From the NCBI GenBank assembly GCA_964016885.1, contig OZ024741.1:400272001-400336000 (forward strand): a stretch of DNA of 64,000 bases, written 5' to 3'. The notes beneath the pieces are model-generated. The model saw nothing but the letters and a program-made list of their open reading frames with translations, ran no database searches and was not told the DNA's origin. Position numbers and translations under genes: made by a program. The stretch is from Eledone cirrhosa (taxonomy: Eukaryota). This document shows, piece by piece, positions 1 through 8,913 of the stretch. Positions within the stretch are counted from its first letter, which is position 1, and every line of letters begins with the position of its first letter.

Positions 1-339
1 CACTGAAAGTTCAATAATAGATATGTTCAGAATTAAATAAGATATAAATATCTTAACCAGAACATTCCATCTGAAACTATATATATTCAGGCACAGATAT
101 ATACAATTTTTCTAATATGCCGTCTGCTAATTCTTTGTGGTGATGCATCAACTCTTGAAACCATCCTGTTAAAACTGGTGACCTTCGACGCGGGAGTATT
201 TAGGCATGAAATGCTCCTTTACAATATATATATATACATCAACCCAGCATTGTTAAAACTGGTGACCCCGAGAAAAAAAATAATAGGATCTGGTGTTGTG
301 TGTATATAAAAAAGAGAAAATTAATTAGCAGTATTTCAC

Positions 340-696
340 AAAAGATTTTTTAAACACGAACACGAGGAAATTTCAAAATGGCTACCAACAAGTCCTCCGC
401 AACTATCAACAATTTGCAACCCGAAAGAAAAAGAAGGAACATGCAGATATACTTTTCGTTGAGACACACTTTCTTCCACCTAACGTGGAATTCGGACACA
501 AACATTTCTCTGACAAACAACAAAAATTCGGACACAAAATTTCTCCGGCATTCTAGGGCACAAATTTTCTCCGACAAACAACAAAAATTCGAACACACTG
601 CTCAATTATTTTTTCACTGATGTGCTCTTTCAGCATTTGTTCTTGCTGATTCAATAATCTGTATCGACTTCCGTCTAGGAGGGGAGTATTGTAGTG
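340..696. mobile_element. Possible right end of a CACTA/CMC-type DNA transposon (left boundary unknown, may lie outside the window)
   Basis: Ends in ...GGGGAGTATTGTAGTG at 696, whose reverse complement begins CACTA. Preceded by imperfect subterminal repeats (GACAAACAACAAAAATTCG twice, TCGGACACAAA twice, ~490-597). The matching left TIR was not seen. Confidence 0.3.
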
Positions 697-699
697 ACC

Positions 700-775
700 T
701 ACATTCCGCGGGCTCACATACATTCTCTGTGCGTGATTTAGCTCAGCTCAGCCAATCAGCGCCAGTAGAAGAGGA
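700..775 (+). promoter_or_regulatory. Candidate MSH4 promoter (CCAAT box, local CpG enrichment)
   Basis: AGCCAATCAG with CCAAT at 752-756 is a good NF-Y consensus. The 700-910 interval is richer in CpG than its AT-rich surroundings and lies upstream of the MSH4 exons. Confidence 0.35.
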
Positions 776-873
776 TGTATCCCTACGTGAGTGAGGGAGA
801 AATTACCCGCGAAGATTTGAAGAATCTCTCTCTTGCACCAGGAACTTCGAACCAGCAACACGTACATGTGACG
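775..873 (+). CDS. Candidate first coding exon (MYPYVSEGEITREDLKNLSLAPGTSNQQHVHVT), possibly of MSH4
   Basis: ATG at 775, open for 33 codons to ACG|GTGAGA; an alternative donor TAC|GTGAGT follows 786. Both are phase 0, but the exon at 7311 starts in phase 2, so an intervening exon would be needed. No homology support. Confidence 0.25.
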
Positions 874-991
874 GTGAGATTTTGCACCTTAGCCTGCCGG
901 CTTTCTGGCGCAATGGCACATTCCCTTTTGTAACCTCATTTTTATGTGTAACTTCAACCATACAAGTTAACCAATATTATTTGTGCTACAA

Positions 992-1105
992 TCTGAGTCC
1001 AAATCCCGCCGAGGTTGACTTTGCCTTTCATCCTTACGGGGTCGATAAAATAAAGTACCAGTAATGAACTGGTTAATTGCTGGCCTTGTGCCTAAAGTAG
1101 AAACA
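992..1105 (+). mobile_element. 5'-truncated tRNA-derived SINE (family A) with target-site duplication
   Basis: GAGTCCAAATCCCGCCGAGGTTGACTTTGCCTTTCATCC...AATAAAGTACCAGT is shared with 5 other copies in the window. Flanked by ATTATTTGTGCTACAA (976-991) and ATTATTTGTGCTATAA (1106-1121). Confidence 0.8.
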
Positions 1106-1399
1106 ATTATTTGTGCTATAACAAAAATAAACATACATTTCATCTCTAAAATCTGCTGTTGACATCATTATTATGTTACTCGTGTCTCAATAACATTTAT
1201 AATCCATGCTGCTAAAGGGCTCACACATATGAGCAACCAACACAACTCTGATAGCAGTGACTAGGGATGTGGTTCATGAGTCAAGAATGCTGGAAGTCTC
1301 CACTGCTACAGGCTCTACCACAAATCTATCAGAGAGCAGCTGACACTTGAGCAGTTTTCCCTCTTCTGCACCAGGATGCCACTAGAGAAGTATTATTAT

Positions 1400-1555
1400 A
1401 AGGGGATTGGCATTAATCAGTAGAATGTTGGACAATATGCTTTGTGGAATATAGTTATGTCCCTTCATATTCTGCATTCTAATCCCACCGAGGTTAGCTT
1501 TGCCTTTTATCCTTCAAGGTTGACAAATAAAGTACCAGTCCAATAGTGGGTCAAT
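1400..1555 (+). mobile_element. SINE family A, degenerate copy
   Basis: AATCCCACCGAGGTTAGCTTTGCCTTTTATCC...AATAAAGTACCAGT matches the other copies. Confidence 0.7.
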
Positions 1556-1572
1556 TTTGCCTCTATTTTACA

Positions 1573-1763
1573 CAGCTTAGTAGTTAGAGCATTGAACATA
1601 TAATCTCGAGGCTGTGAGTTTGATTCCCAGACCAGGTGATGTGTTATGTCCTTGAGCAAGACACTTTATTTCATGTTGCTTTGGTTCACTCAGCTGTAGA
1701 AATGAGTTGCAATGTCACTGGTGCCGAGCTGTAGTGGTCATTGCCTTTCTCTTGGATGACATC
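1573..1763 (+). mobile_element. tRNA-headed SINE (family B)
   Basis: A-box-like AGCTTAGTAGTTAGAGC and B-box-like GAGTTTGATTCC, then GTCCTTGAGCAAGACACTTTATTTCA. An inverted copy is at 6035-6150 and related sequence at 4711-4920. Confidence 0.65.
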
Positions 1764-1790
1764 ATATAGTGTATATATATAGTGTATATA

Positions 1791-1869
<79 letters not shown>

Positions 1870-1947
1870 TGTATATATAGTGTATATATATAGTGTATAT
1901 ATATAGTGCATATATATAGTGTATATATAGTGTGTATATATATATAT
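1764..1947. repeat. (TA)n / (TATATAGTG)n microsatellite
   Basis: Directly visible. Confidence 0.95.
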
Positions 1948-2197
1948 ATCATCATCATCATCGTCGTTTAATGTCTACCTTCTACGCTAGCATGGGTTTA
2001 GACGGGAATTGACCCATGTGAGGCAAGATTGGTTGTCTCGCTCGTATAGGACTGTCTGGCGGGTTTTCTACGGCTGGATGCCCTTCCTAACACCAACCAC
2101 GTTTACAGTGTGGACTGGGAGGTTTTTACCGTGTTACCTACACGACCACATTACAGCGTGGACTGTGTGTTCATTTGTCGGGACACCTACACGACCT
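1948..2197 (-). mobile_element. SINE family C with (GAT)n tail
   Basis: GGCTGGATGCCCTTCCTAACACCAACC is the reverse complement of the GGTTGGTGTTAGGAAGGGCATCC core at ~7016 and ~63890. (ATC)n tail at 1948-1963. Confidence 0.7.
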
Positions 2198-2289
2198 CAT
2201 TAGTTTAGGACTGGATGTTGTGGCACCAACATAACTTTAGGTGTAGATGGGGGTGGGGGTGTATTTTTGATTAGGAGGTGCCTACTGAC

Positions 2290-2642
2290 TATAGGTTTCG
2301 CTTTGTACTTAGGCAAGGCGGGTCTTCTGTATTACTGTGTAGTGCCAAAGATCTTGGTCCAGTGACATTGTCTTGGAGAGGTGTAAGTGTGTGAGGTTGG
2401 AATTTATCAAGTCATCCCAGGTTTTACTGGGTCTACCTACTCCGTAACTTCCGTCTATTTTAATCGCCCTGCACATTTTTATACAGCTGTCGTCTTCCAT
2501 GCGCATCACGTGGCCATACCAACGTAGTCTTCTCTCGAGTAAACTGCATCTGATCCCTCTTATTCCTAATTTCTCACTTAGTTCGTTTATACTTTGCCGT
2601 TCACGTATATTACTATTACACATCCAGCGGAGCATGCAAGCT
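2290..2642 (-). mobile_element. RTE-clade LINE 3' fragment
   Basis: ORF 2309-2635 contains MLRWMC...ERRLRWYGHVMRMEDD...GRPSKTW, the typical C-terminus of RTE/CR1-type ORF2 after the RT domain. Confidence 0.85.
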
Positions 2643-2643
2643 T

Positions 2644-2762
2644 TAGTGTATATATAGTGTGTATATATAGTGTGTATATATAGTGTGTATATAAAGTGTA
2701 TATAGAGTGTGTGTGTATATATAGTGTGTATATATAGTGTATATATATAGTGTATATATAGA

Positions 2763-2807
<45 letters not shown>
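2644..2807. repeat. (TATATAGTGTG)n / (TA)n microsatellite
   Basis: Directly visible. Confidence 0.95.
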
Positions 2808-2810
<3 letters not shown>

Positions 2811-2879
2811 TATGAAGAGAGAAGAAACATTTAGATATAATTAGTAATAAAATGTATCATACCTAAACTGCTCCTAGAG

Positions 2880-2969
2880 TCCTCGACTACGTAGTTTCGT
2901 GGCATAAACAAAAACAATACATCATAAAGATATAGAGTCCTTGCGAGGTTTGCCGACTTATCAAGAGGA
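2880..2969 (-). ncRNA. Type I hammerhead ribozyme (inverted copy)
   Basis: On the minus strand: TCCTC-TTGATAA-GTCGGCA...TGCCAC-GAAA-CTACGTAG-TC-GAGGA. Confidence 0.75.
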
Positions 2970-3735
2970 TACCTCATTTTACTAGTCTCAAGAACGCGTC
3001 TACACGACGTGAGAAAGAATCCCAAAAGGCGGAGGGGGAGATAGTCACGCGATATAACGGTCGAGAAACAGAGCTAAGCCTCTTATAACCCCGAAGAAAA
3101 TACCACGGAGGCGGAGGGGGTATTTATATCGAAGCCGTAGAAGAGGTGGTGAAGGAGGCGAGAAGTATAAGTAATGGAAGCTTTCCAGTTGTCCCCACAC
3201 TTCAAAGATTGCTCGACCAGAGGGAGTTATTAACAATATATTTAGAAACACACAGATACATGCGGACACACACATATACATGAATGCATCCGCACCCAAC
3301 CGTGAGTTAAGGGTGCCAACTTCACCGATGGTGCTCAATGAATGACTGGGACAGACCAATCCGGTTGAACCAGACTGAACCAGTATCAGAGTTAAAAATA
3401 CATTGGTTGGGTGCGGATGCATTCATGTATATGTGTGTGTCTGCATGTATCTGTGTGTTTCTAAATATATTGTTAATAATTCCCTCTGGTCGAGCAATCT
3501 TTGAGGTGTGGAGACTGCTGGAAAGCTTCCATTACTCATACTTCTCGCCTCCTTCACCACCTCTTCTACGGCTTCGATATAAATACCCCCTCCGCCTCCG
3601 TGGTATTTTCTTCGGGGTTATAAGAGGCTTAGCTCTGTTTCTCGACCGTTATATCGCGTGACTATCTCCCCCTCGCCTTTTGGGATTCTTTCTCACGTCG
3701 TGTAGACGCGTTCTTGAGACTAGTAAAATGAGGTA

Positions 3736-3825
3736 TCCTCTTGATAAGTCGGCAGACCTCGCAAGGACTCTATATCTTTATGATGTATTGTTTTTGTTTA
3801 TGCCACGAAACTACGTAGTCGAGGA
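3736..3825 (+). ncRNA. Type I hammerhead ribozyme, predicted cleavage after GUC at 3820
   Basis: Stem I TCCTC (3736-40) / GAGGA (3821-25). Core TTGATAA (3741-47). Stem II GT(C)GGCA (3748-54) / TGCCAC (3801-06), including G10.1-C11.1. GAAA (3807-10). Palindromic stem III ACTACGTAGT (3810-19). C17 at 3820. Confidence 0.8.
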
Positions 3826-4328
3826 ATTTAGGAGCAGTTTAGGTATGATACATTTTATTACTAATTATATCTAAATGTTTCTTCTCTCTTCATAATGTAT
3901 TTTTAACTCTGATACTGGTTCAGTCTGGTTCAACCGGATTGGTCTGTCCCAGTCATTCATTGAGCAACATCGGTGAAGTTGGCACCCTTAACTCACGGTT
4001 GGGTGCGGATGCATTCATGTATATGTGTGTGTCCGCATGTATCTGTGTGTTTCTAAATATATTGTTAATAACTCCCTCTGGTCGAGCAATCTTTGAAGTG
4101 TGGGGACAACTGGAAAGCTTCCATTACTCATACTTCTTGCCTCCTTCACCACCTCTTCTACGGCTTCGATATAAATACCCCCTCCGCCTCCGTGGTATTT
4201 TCTTCGGGGTTATAAGAGGCTTAGCTCTGTTTCTCGACCGTTATATCGCGTGACTATCTCCCCCTCCGCCTTTTGGGATTCTTTCTCACGTCGTGTAGAC
4301 GCGTTCTTGAGACTAGTAAAATGAGGTA

Positions 4329-4418
4329 TCCTCTTGATAAGTCGGCAGACCTCGCAAGGACTCTATATCTTTATGATGTATTGTTTTTGTTTATGCCACG
4401 AAACTACGTAGTCGAGGA
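4329..4418 (+). ncRNA. Type I hammerhead ribozyme, predicted cleavage after GUC at 4413
   Basis: Identical to the 3736-3825 motif, 593 nt downstream. Confidence 0.8.
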
Positions 4419-4646
4419 ATTTAGGAGCAGTTTAGGTATGATACATTTTATTACTAATTATATCTAAATGTTTCTTCTCTCTTCATAATGTATTTTTAAC
4501 TCTGATACTGGTTCAGTCTGGTTCAACCGGATTGGTCTGTCCCAGTCATTCATTGAGCAACATCGGTGAAGTTGGCACCCTTAACTCACGGTTGGGTGCG
4601 GATGCATTCATGTATATGTGTGTGTCCGCATGTATCTGTGTGTTTC

Positions 4647-4650
<4 letters not shown>

Positions 4651-4710
<60 letters not shown>
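4651..4710. repeat. (TA)n(TG)n microsatellite
   Basis: Directly visible. Confidence 0.95.
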
Positions 4711-4711
<1 letters not shown>

Positions 4712-4920
4712 TGTGATGTCATTGGTGCCAAGCTGTATCAGCATTTGCGTTTTTCCTTGAACCAAACATCAGTGGCATGGTATGTATGGGCATCTGCTGG
4801 TCTTCCTCAAACACACCTTGCCTAGACTTTGTGCTTCAGAGGGGAACTTTCTATGTGTAAAACCCATGGGTGACATCAGTGGCATGGAGAAGGGATACTG
4901 GTATGATGGATTGGTGTATA
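4711..4920 (+). mobile_element. SINE family B internal/3' fragment
   Basis: TTGTGATGTCATTGGTGCCAAGCTGTA matches 1707-1734 (TTGCAATGTCACTGGTGCCGAGCTGTA). ACATCAGTGGCATGG is internally duplicated. Confidence 0.5.
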
Positions 4921-5196
4921 GTATCTGATCCAGCTCTGTTTTGAGGTCAAATCCCACCTCCTTCTGTCAAGAGGTTGCAACCAACAGATAGTAACAGCAA
5001 TTGAAATACCAATGGAAACATAGTTTCCTTGGTCCAATCTGACAATCAACTCCTTTTTTTACTATTCCTAATACAGGATTAGGAAAGTATTTGTAGAAAA
5101 GTCATCCAGTTGTAAAAATACACACTCCAACAATTTAGTATAAATTATCTCAACCATCTTAGTATGGAAATAAATATAGATGTATAATAGTAATGT

Positions 5197-5490
5197 GTTT
5201 AGTGTGTGTGTTAATGTGTCTCTGTGTGTGTGTTTATGTGTCACTGTGTGTGTGTGTGTCTGTAAGTGTGTGCGTCATTGTGTGTATCTGTATGTGTGTG
5301 TCATTGTGTCTCTATCATTGTTTGTGTGTGTGTGTGCATGTCATTGTGTCTGTGTGTCATTGTGTCAGTCTGTCTGTGTGTGTCATTGTGTGTGTGTCAT
5401 TGTGTCTGTCTGTCTGTGTGTGTTTGTGGATGTGTGTATGTCATTAGACCTGTTTTTGTGTGTGTGTCATTGTGTATGTGTGTCTGTATG
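5197..5490. repeat. Compound (TG)n / TGTGTCAT microsatellite
   Basis: Directly visible; it gives the Cys/Val pseudo-ORFs in all three frames. Confidence 0.95.
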
Positions 5491-6034
5491 TTACTGGTAT
5501 TTCACTTATAAGAAGATAATTATTTTTAACAGGTCAGTAAGAATTTATAATTATCAGTGAAGGTAGCCATCAATGTCAGTGACTGTGAGAGGAACTATGG
5601 TCAGTGAACATCTAAAATAAACACTACACTTCCTCACAAAGTTTTATTATCAGTCAAACCATAATTATAACCTCCACCAATCTTTCTACATAACAGAACT
5701 TTGTAATATATCCAAATTGACTCACTCAGTTTATTACTTTATTTTAACTAGTTTTTTTTTATTTTATCGAATGACAAGAACCCAGACCTCATTCGCTTAC
5801 CAAGTGGGACGGACCTTGTCAAATTGGACCAAGGGAATAAACTTTCTATTGCTGGTAGTATCTACTAGTTGCAACTCCTGGCAGATCAAGATACTTGAAG
5901 GAATCAATCGACAAGTTCCCAAACCTCATTCACTTATTGAGTAGGGTGGAACTCGTCAAACAAGGAAACAATGTTTCCATTGGTATTTCCACTGTTGATA
6001 CTATCTACCAGTTGCAACTCCTGGTAGAAAGTGG

Positions 6035-6150
6035 AGTGTGAAATAAAGTGTCTTGCTCAAGGACATAATGCACCAAATGGTTCAGTAATCGAACTTGTAA
6101 TCTCACAATTGAAAACCCAATTCTCTAACCACTAAGCCACATACCTTCTC
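6035..6150 (-). mobile_element. SINE family B, 5' portion
   Basis: TGAAATAAAGTGTCTTGCTCAAGGACATAA...CTCTAACCACTAAGCCAC is the reverse complement of 1573-1675. Confidence 0.65.
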
Positions 6151-6732
6151 TAAAGTCACTATCACTAAAGTGAATCAATAGGGATCAGTTAAATAAAATG
6201 AAAATGTATTCAAACAACTTTTAAGCTGAAAAGGTAATGTCCATATAAAACTATTATCTAGACTGAACGATATTGGTTTTCATACTTTTTCATTGTTTAG
6301 TTGGGGGAGGAAAAGACTGGTGAGAAGGCTGGAGGTTGGTACCCTCTAACTGGACACCTGGTGTCAGGGAGGGAATGATAGTGTTCATGGTCCTTCTTAA
6401 GCCCTCCAAGACTGGGATGAAGGTAGCTATCATCAAACTAGATACCTGGCTTGAATATTATGCTAGCAACAGAATGGACACCACTAAAAGTACCCATGGG
6501 CCAAGTATTGGTGTTAAATAAGGTGATGGATTAAGTCTATGATCTGGGTATATGTCCTAGGTTTTCTGATCAGAATTTAGGCAGATAGGGCTCTGATGGA
6601 TATATCCTACCTGGTTGATGATAGGAAGGGACCAATGAGATAGGTAAAGATAGGATTTTCCCTTAAAACAAGCTATTTCAGCATCGTGCATTATTTTTTC
6701 TTTTCTCTCATTTCTGGTCTGCAAATGATATA

Positions 6733-6955
6733 TTGACGAAGATAAGGATTGACAACAATACCGTTACACCCTTCTGTGGCAAGGGAGATGATTGCCTAGA
6801 TTCAGAAAATTAAGGTGATGGCCAGGCTGAAAAGAATTGAAGGTGTAGTAGGCCTCATGGCTCTGTACTTGGAGGGAAATGCATTGTACTTTGAAATAGA
6901 TGAACTTGACCAACTGGATACCAAAAAGATTGAACAGCACCTAAAGGAAGTGTTT
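6733..6955 (+). mobile_element. Degenerate Gypsy-type LTR retrotransposon gag N-terminal fragment
   Basis: Hand translation gives ...VTPFCGKGD, a frameshift, then IQKIKVMARLKRIEGVVGLMALYLEGNALYFEIDELDQLDTKKIEQHLKEVF. This resembles the PFxGxGD..W..K....LYLEGxA...LKEAF pattern of invertebrate Gypsy gag. Recognised by eye only. Confidence 0.5.
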
Positions 6956-6965
6956 ATATATATAT

Positions 6966-7168
6966 GGTCGTGTTGGTGACATGACAAAAAGCACCCAATC
7001 TATTTTTTAGATGTGGTTGGTGTTAGGAAGGGCATCCGGTCATAGAAACCAAACGAGAAACAGTTCTGTATGAGCAAGACATGGTCATCTGATCAAACTT
7101 GTCTCACAACTCATCTAACCCATACTAACATGGAAAATGGACATTTAATGGTGATAATGATGTTGATG
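6966..7168 (+). mobile_element. SINE family C
   Basis: AAAAAGCACCC...GGTTGGTGTTAGGAAGGGCATCC...CATGGAAAATGGACATTTAATG followed by a (GAT)n-like tail. Confidence 0.65.
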
Positions 7169-7310
7169 CCCATACATATTCTTTCCTTCTCAGCTAAAGT
7201 TTTTTTTTATGCCTAATCCAAGTTTCTTATCTAACATGTTTGAGATGCTATGTGTGTGACTTTCTGTTTACATGTCAAGTAGGTACTGTAATATATTGGC
7301 TTTACTCCAG

Positions 7311-7435
7311 GTCATCTACCATATCAAGTGATCGTCTTAACTTTGCTACACCTGCTCATGCTAAAATACCTGCTGTAAAAAGGACTCCATATACATCATC
7401 CACGACTAATTCTGATAGTACTGCAGTTATTGCAG
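7311..7435 (+). CDS. MSH4: MSH4 internal exon (SSTISSDRLNFATPAHAKIPAVKRTPYTSSTTNSDSTAVIA)
   Basis: Acceptor TTTACTCCAG| and donor CAG|GTAAG. 125 nt ending in phase 1; G+CC joins in frame to the 62267 exon giving STAVIAAIVEGRG, comparable to vertebrate MSH4 SVIVAVVEGRG after an S/T/P-rich N-terminus. Confidence 0.8.
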
Positions 7436-7469
7436 GTAAGGTATATAGTTGTTTTTGTCTAATTTAATT

Positions 7470-7650
7470 ATAGTTTCTACTTTTGGCACAAGGCCAGCAA
7501 TTTCTCCAGTGCATTACTGGTACTTTATTTTATTGACCCAATAAGAATGAAAGGCAAAGTTAACCTCGGTGGGATTTGAACTCTGAACATAAAGGGCCAT
7601 AACTCTATGCTGCAAGGCATGGTGTCTGACGCTCTACTGAAACTGCCAAA
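7470..7650 (-). mobile_element. SINE family A, near full length
   Basis: ACTGGTACTTTATTTTATTGACCC...GAAAGGCAAAGTTAACCTCGGTGGGATTTGAACTC. Confidence 0.8.
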
Positions 7651-7929
7651 CCACAGTTATTTCCTATGTTGTGTATATCTGACTTAGAATAGATATACTG
7701 CACCCCTGTGTGTTGTACGAAGTGATTAACATTTAATGAGCTGTCAGTGTCAAATTGCAAAAATAGAGAAATCTCCCCTTAATATATAATACAATGTCAA
7801 GGGAAGCAATTCATAAAATATTCAGTGTGCTGAAGGTTAAAAGAGTTGGCACCATGAAGGGCATCTGTCCATAAACCATTGCTTCAATAAGGCCCCACAG
7901 GGCTAACCCCTGCTTCAGCAAGGTAAATA

Positions 7930-8106
7930 ATTGGTTCTATTTTTGGCACAGGCCAGCAATTACCTCAGTGTATTCCTGGTACTTTATTTTATTGACCCCG
8001 TAAGGATGAAAGGCAAAGTTAACCTTGGGATTTGAACTCAGAACGTAAAGGGCCATAACTCTATGCTACAAAGCATGGTGTCTGATGCTCTACCAATACT
8101 GCCAAT
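7930..8106 (-). mobile_element. SINE family A, near full length
   Basis: Closely similar to 7470-7650. Confidence 0.8.
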
Positions 8107-8414
8107 GGTCTTAAAACAATTATAATAATACTATTTCCTGATTGTAGCTTAATTCTATGTAATTGTTATAAGTATTAATTGTGTAATTACCGTTTGTGAT
8201 TTAGCAGGTAAATTAATTATAGTATGTGTATGGTCCCATACCTCCTGATGGATTCTTAGGGATGTTGTAATGACATATAGTGTTGCTAGCACATTTTTAT
8301 AGCCTGGCAGAGCCCAACCTTCTCTAGGTCTCATTACAGTAGAGCTCTTTCAACAAGGATTGAGGGAGAGAGAAAATGTGAGAGAATGGAAGTGAGAAAG
8401 ATTAGAGGAAGACC

Positions 8415-8595
8415 CCAGTACTTGACTGGTACTTTTTTATTGACCTCGAAAGGGTGAAAGGCAAAGAAATAATAATCAAAATGCATGACAACATTTCTGT
8501 CTTGCTTTTACACAAATAAACAGTTGTGGGATTTGAACTCAGAGTATAAGGAGCTGGAATGAATGCTGCAAAACATTGTATCTGATGTTTTAATG
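8415..8595 (-). mobile_element. SINE family A copy with an internal ~55-bp insertion, cut off by the MITE at 8596
   Basis: ACTGGTACTTTTTTATTGACC...GAAAGGCAAAG [insert] GTGGGATTTGAACTCAGA...TCTGATGTTTTAATG. Confidence 0.65.
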
Positions 8596-8751
8596 CAGCA
8601 GTCTCCAACATTTTTGCACCATTGTCCAGTGTCATGGAAGACAATTTCTCCATGGAACGGGGAAGGGAGCGGTCGGTATCGGTCCTATTCATAACAAAAC
8701 ACAATAAGAAAAAAAGTGCATATTACAGACAAAATATTTTTCAGCATAGAC

Positions 8752-8913
8752 ATGGCCCTTTACATTCTGAGTTCAAATCCCATCGAGGTTAGCTTTACCT
8801 TTCATCCTTACAGGGTCAATAAAATAAAGTACCAGTAATGCACTGGGAGATTTAGCCGATTTTCTCCTTCCATTCAAATTGCTGGCCATGTGCCAAATGT
8901 AGAAAAAATTATT
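8752..8913 (+). mobile_element. SINE family A nested in the MITE
   Basis: TCTGAGTTCAAATCCCATCGAGGTTAGCTTTACCTTTCATCC...AATAAAGTACCAGT...TTGCTGGCCATGTGCC. Confidence 0.8.

Larger units (their letters stand above)
2805..4655 (+). mobile_element. Hammerhead-containing 593-bp repeat element (Penelope pLTR / non-autonomous retrozyme-like): one inverted monomer (2805-3404) plus ~2.1 tandem monomers (3405-3996, 3997-4589, 4590-4655)
   Basis: Period of 593 shown by identical ORFs at 3680/4273 and 3939/4532. 2805-3301 is the reverse complement of 3405-3900. One hammerhead per unit; bounded by (TA)n on both sides; no RT or GIY-YIG ORF. Confidence 0.8.

Noticed and set aside
350-620. Overlapping 80-82 aa ORFs
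   Set aside because: Low-complexity subterminal repeats with no recognisable protein features.
1573-1650. tRNA gene
   Set aside because: Only degenerate A/B boxes continuing into SINE body sequence; no cloverleaf.
2831-4825. Repeated 64-125 aa ORFs (MGFFLTS..., MVCPSHS...) as a small gene family
   Set aside because: They simply recur with the 593-bp repeat, mostly start at non-ATG codons, and show no recognisable RT, GIY-YIG or other domain.
5180-5560. Cys/Val-rich ORFs
   Set aside because: Translation of a (TG)n microsatellite.
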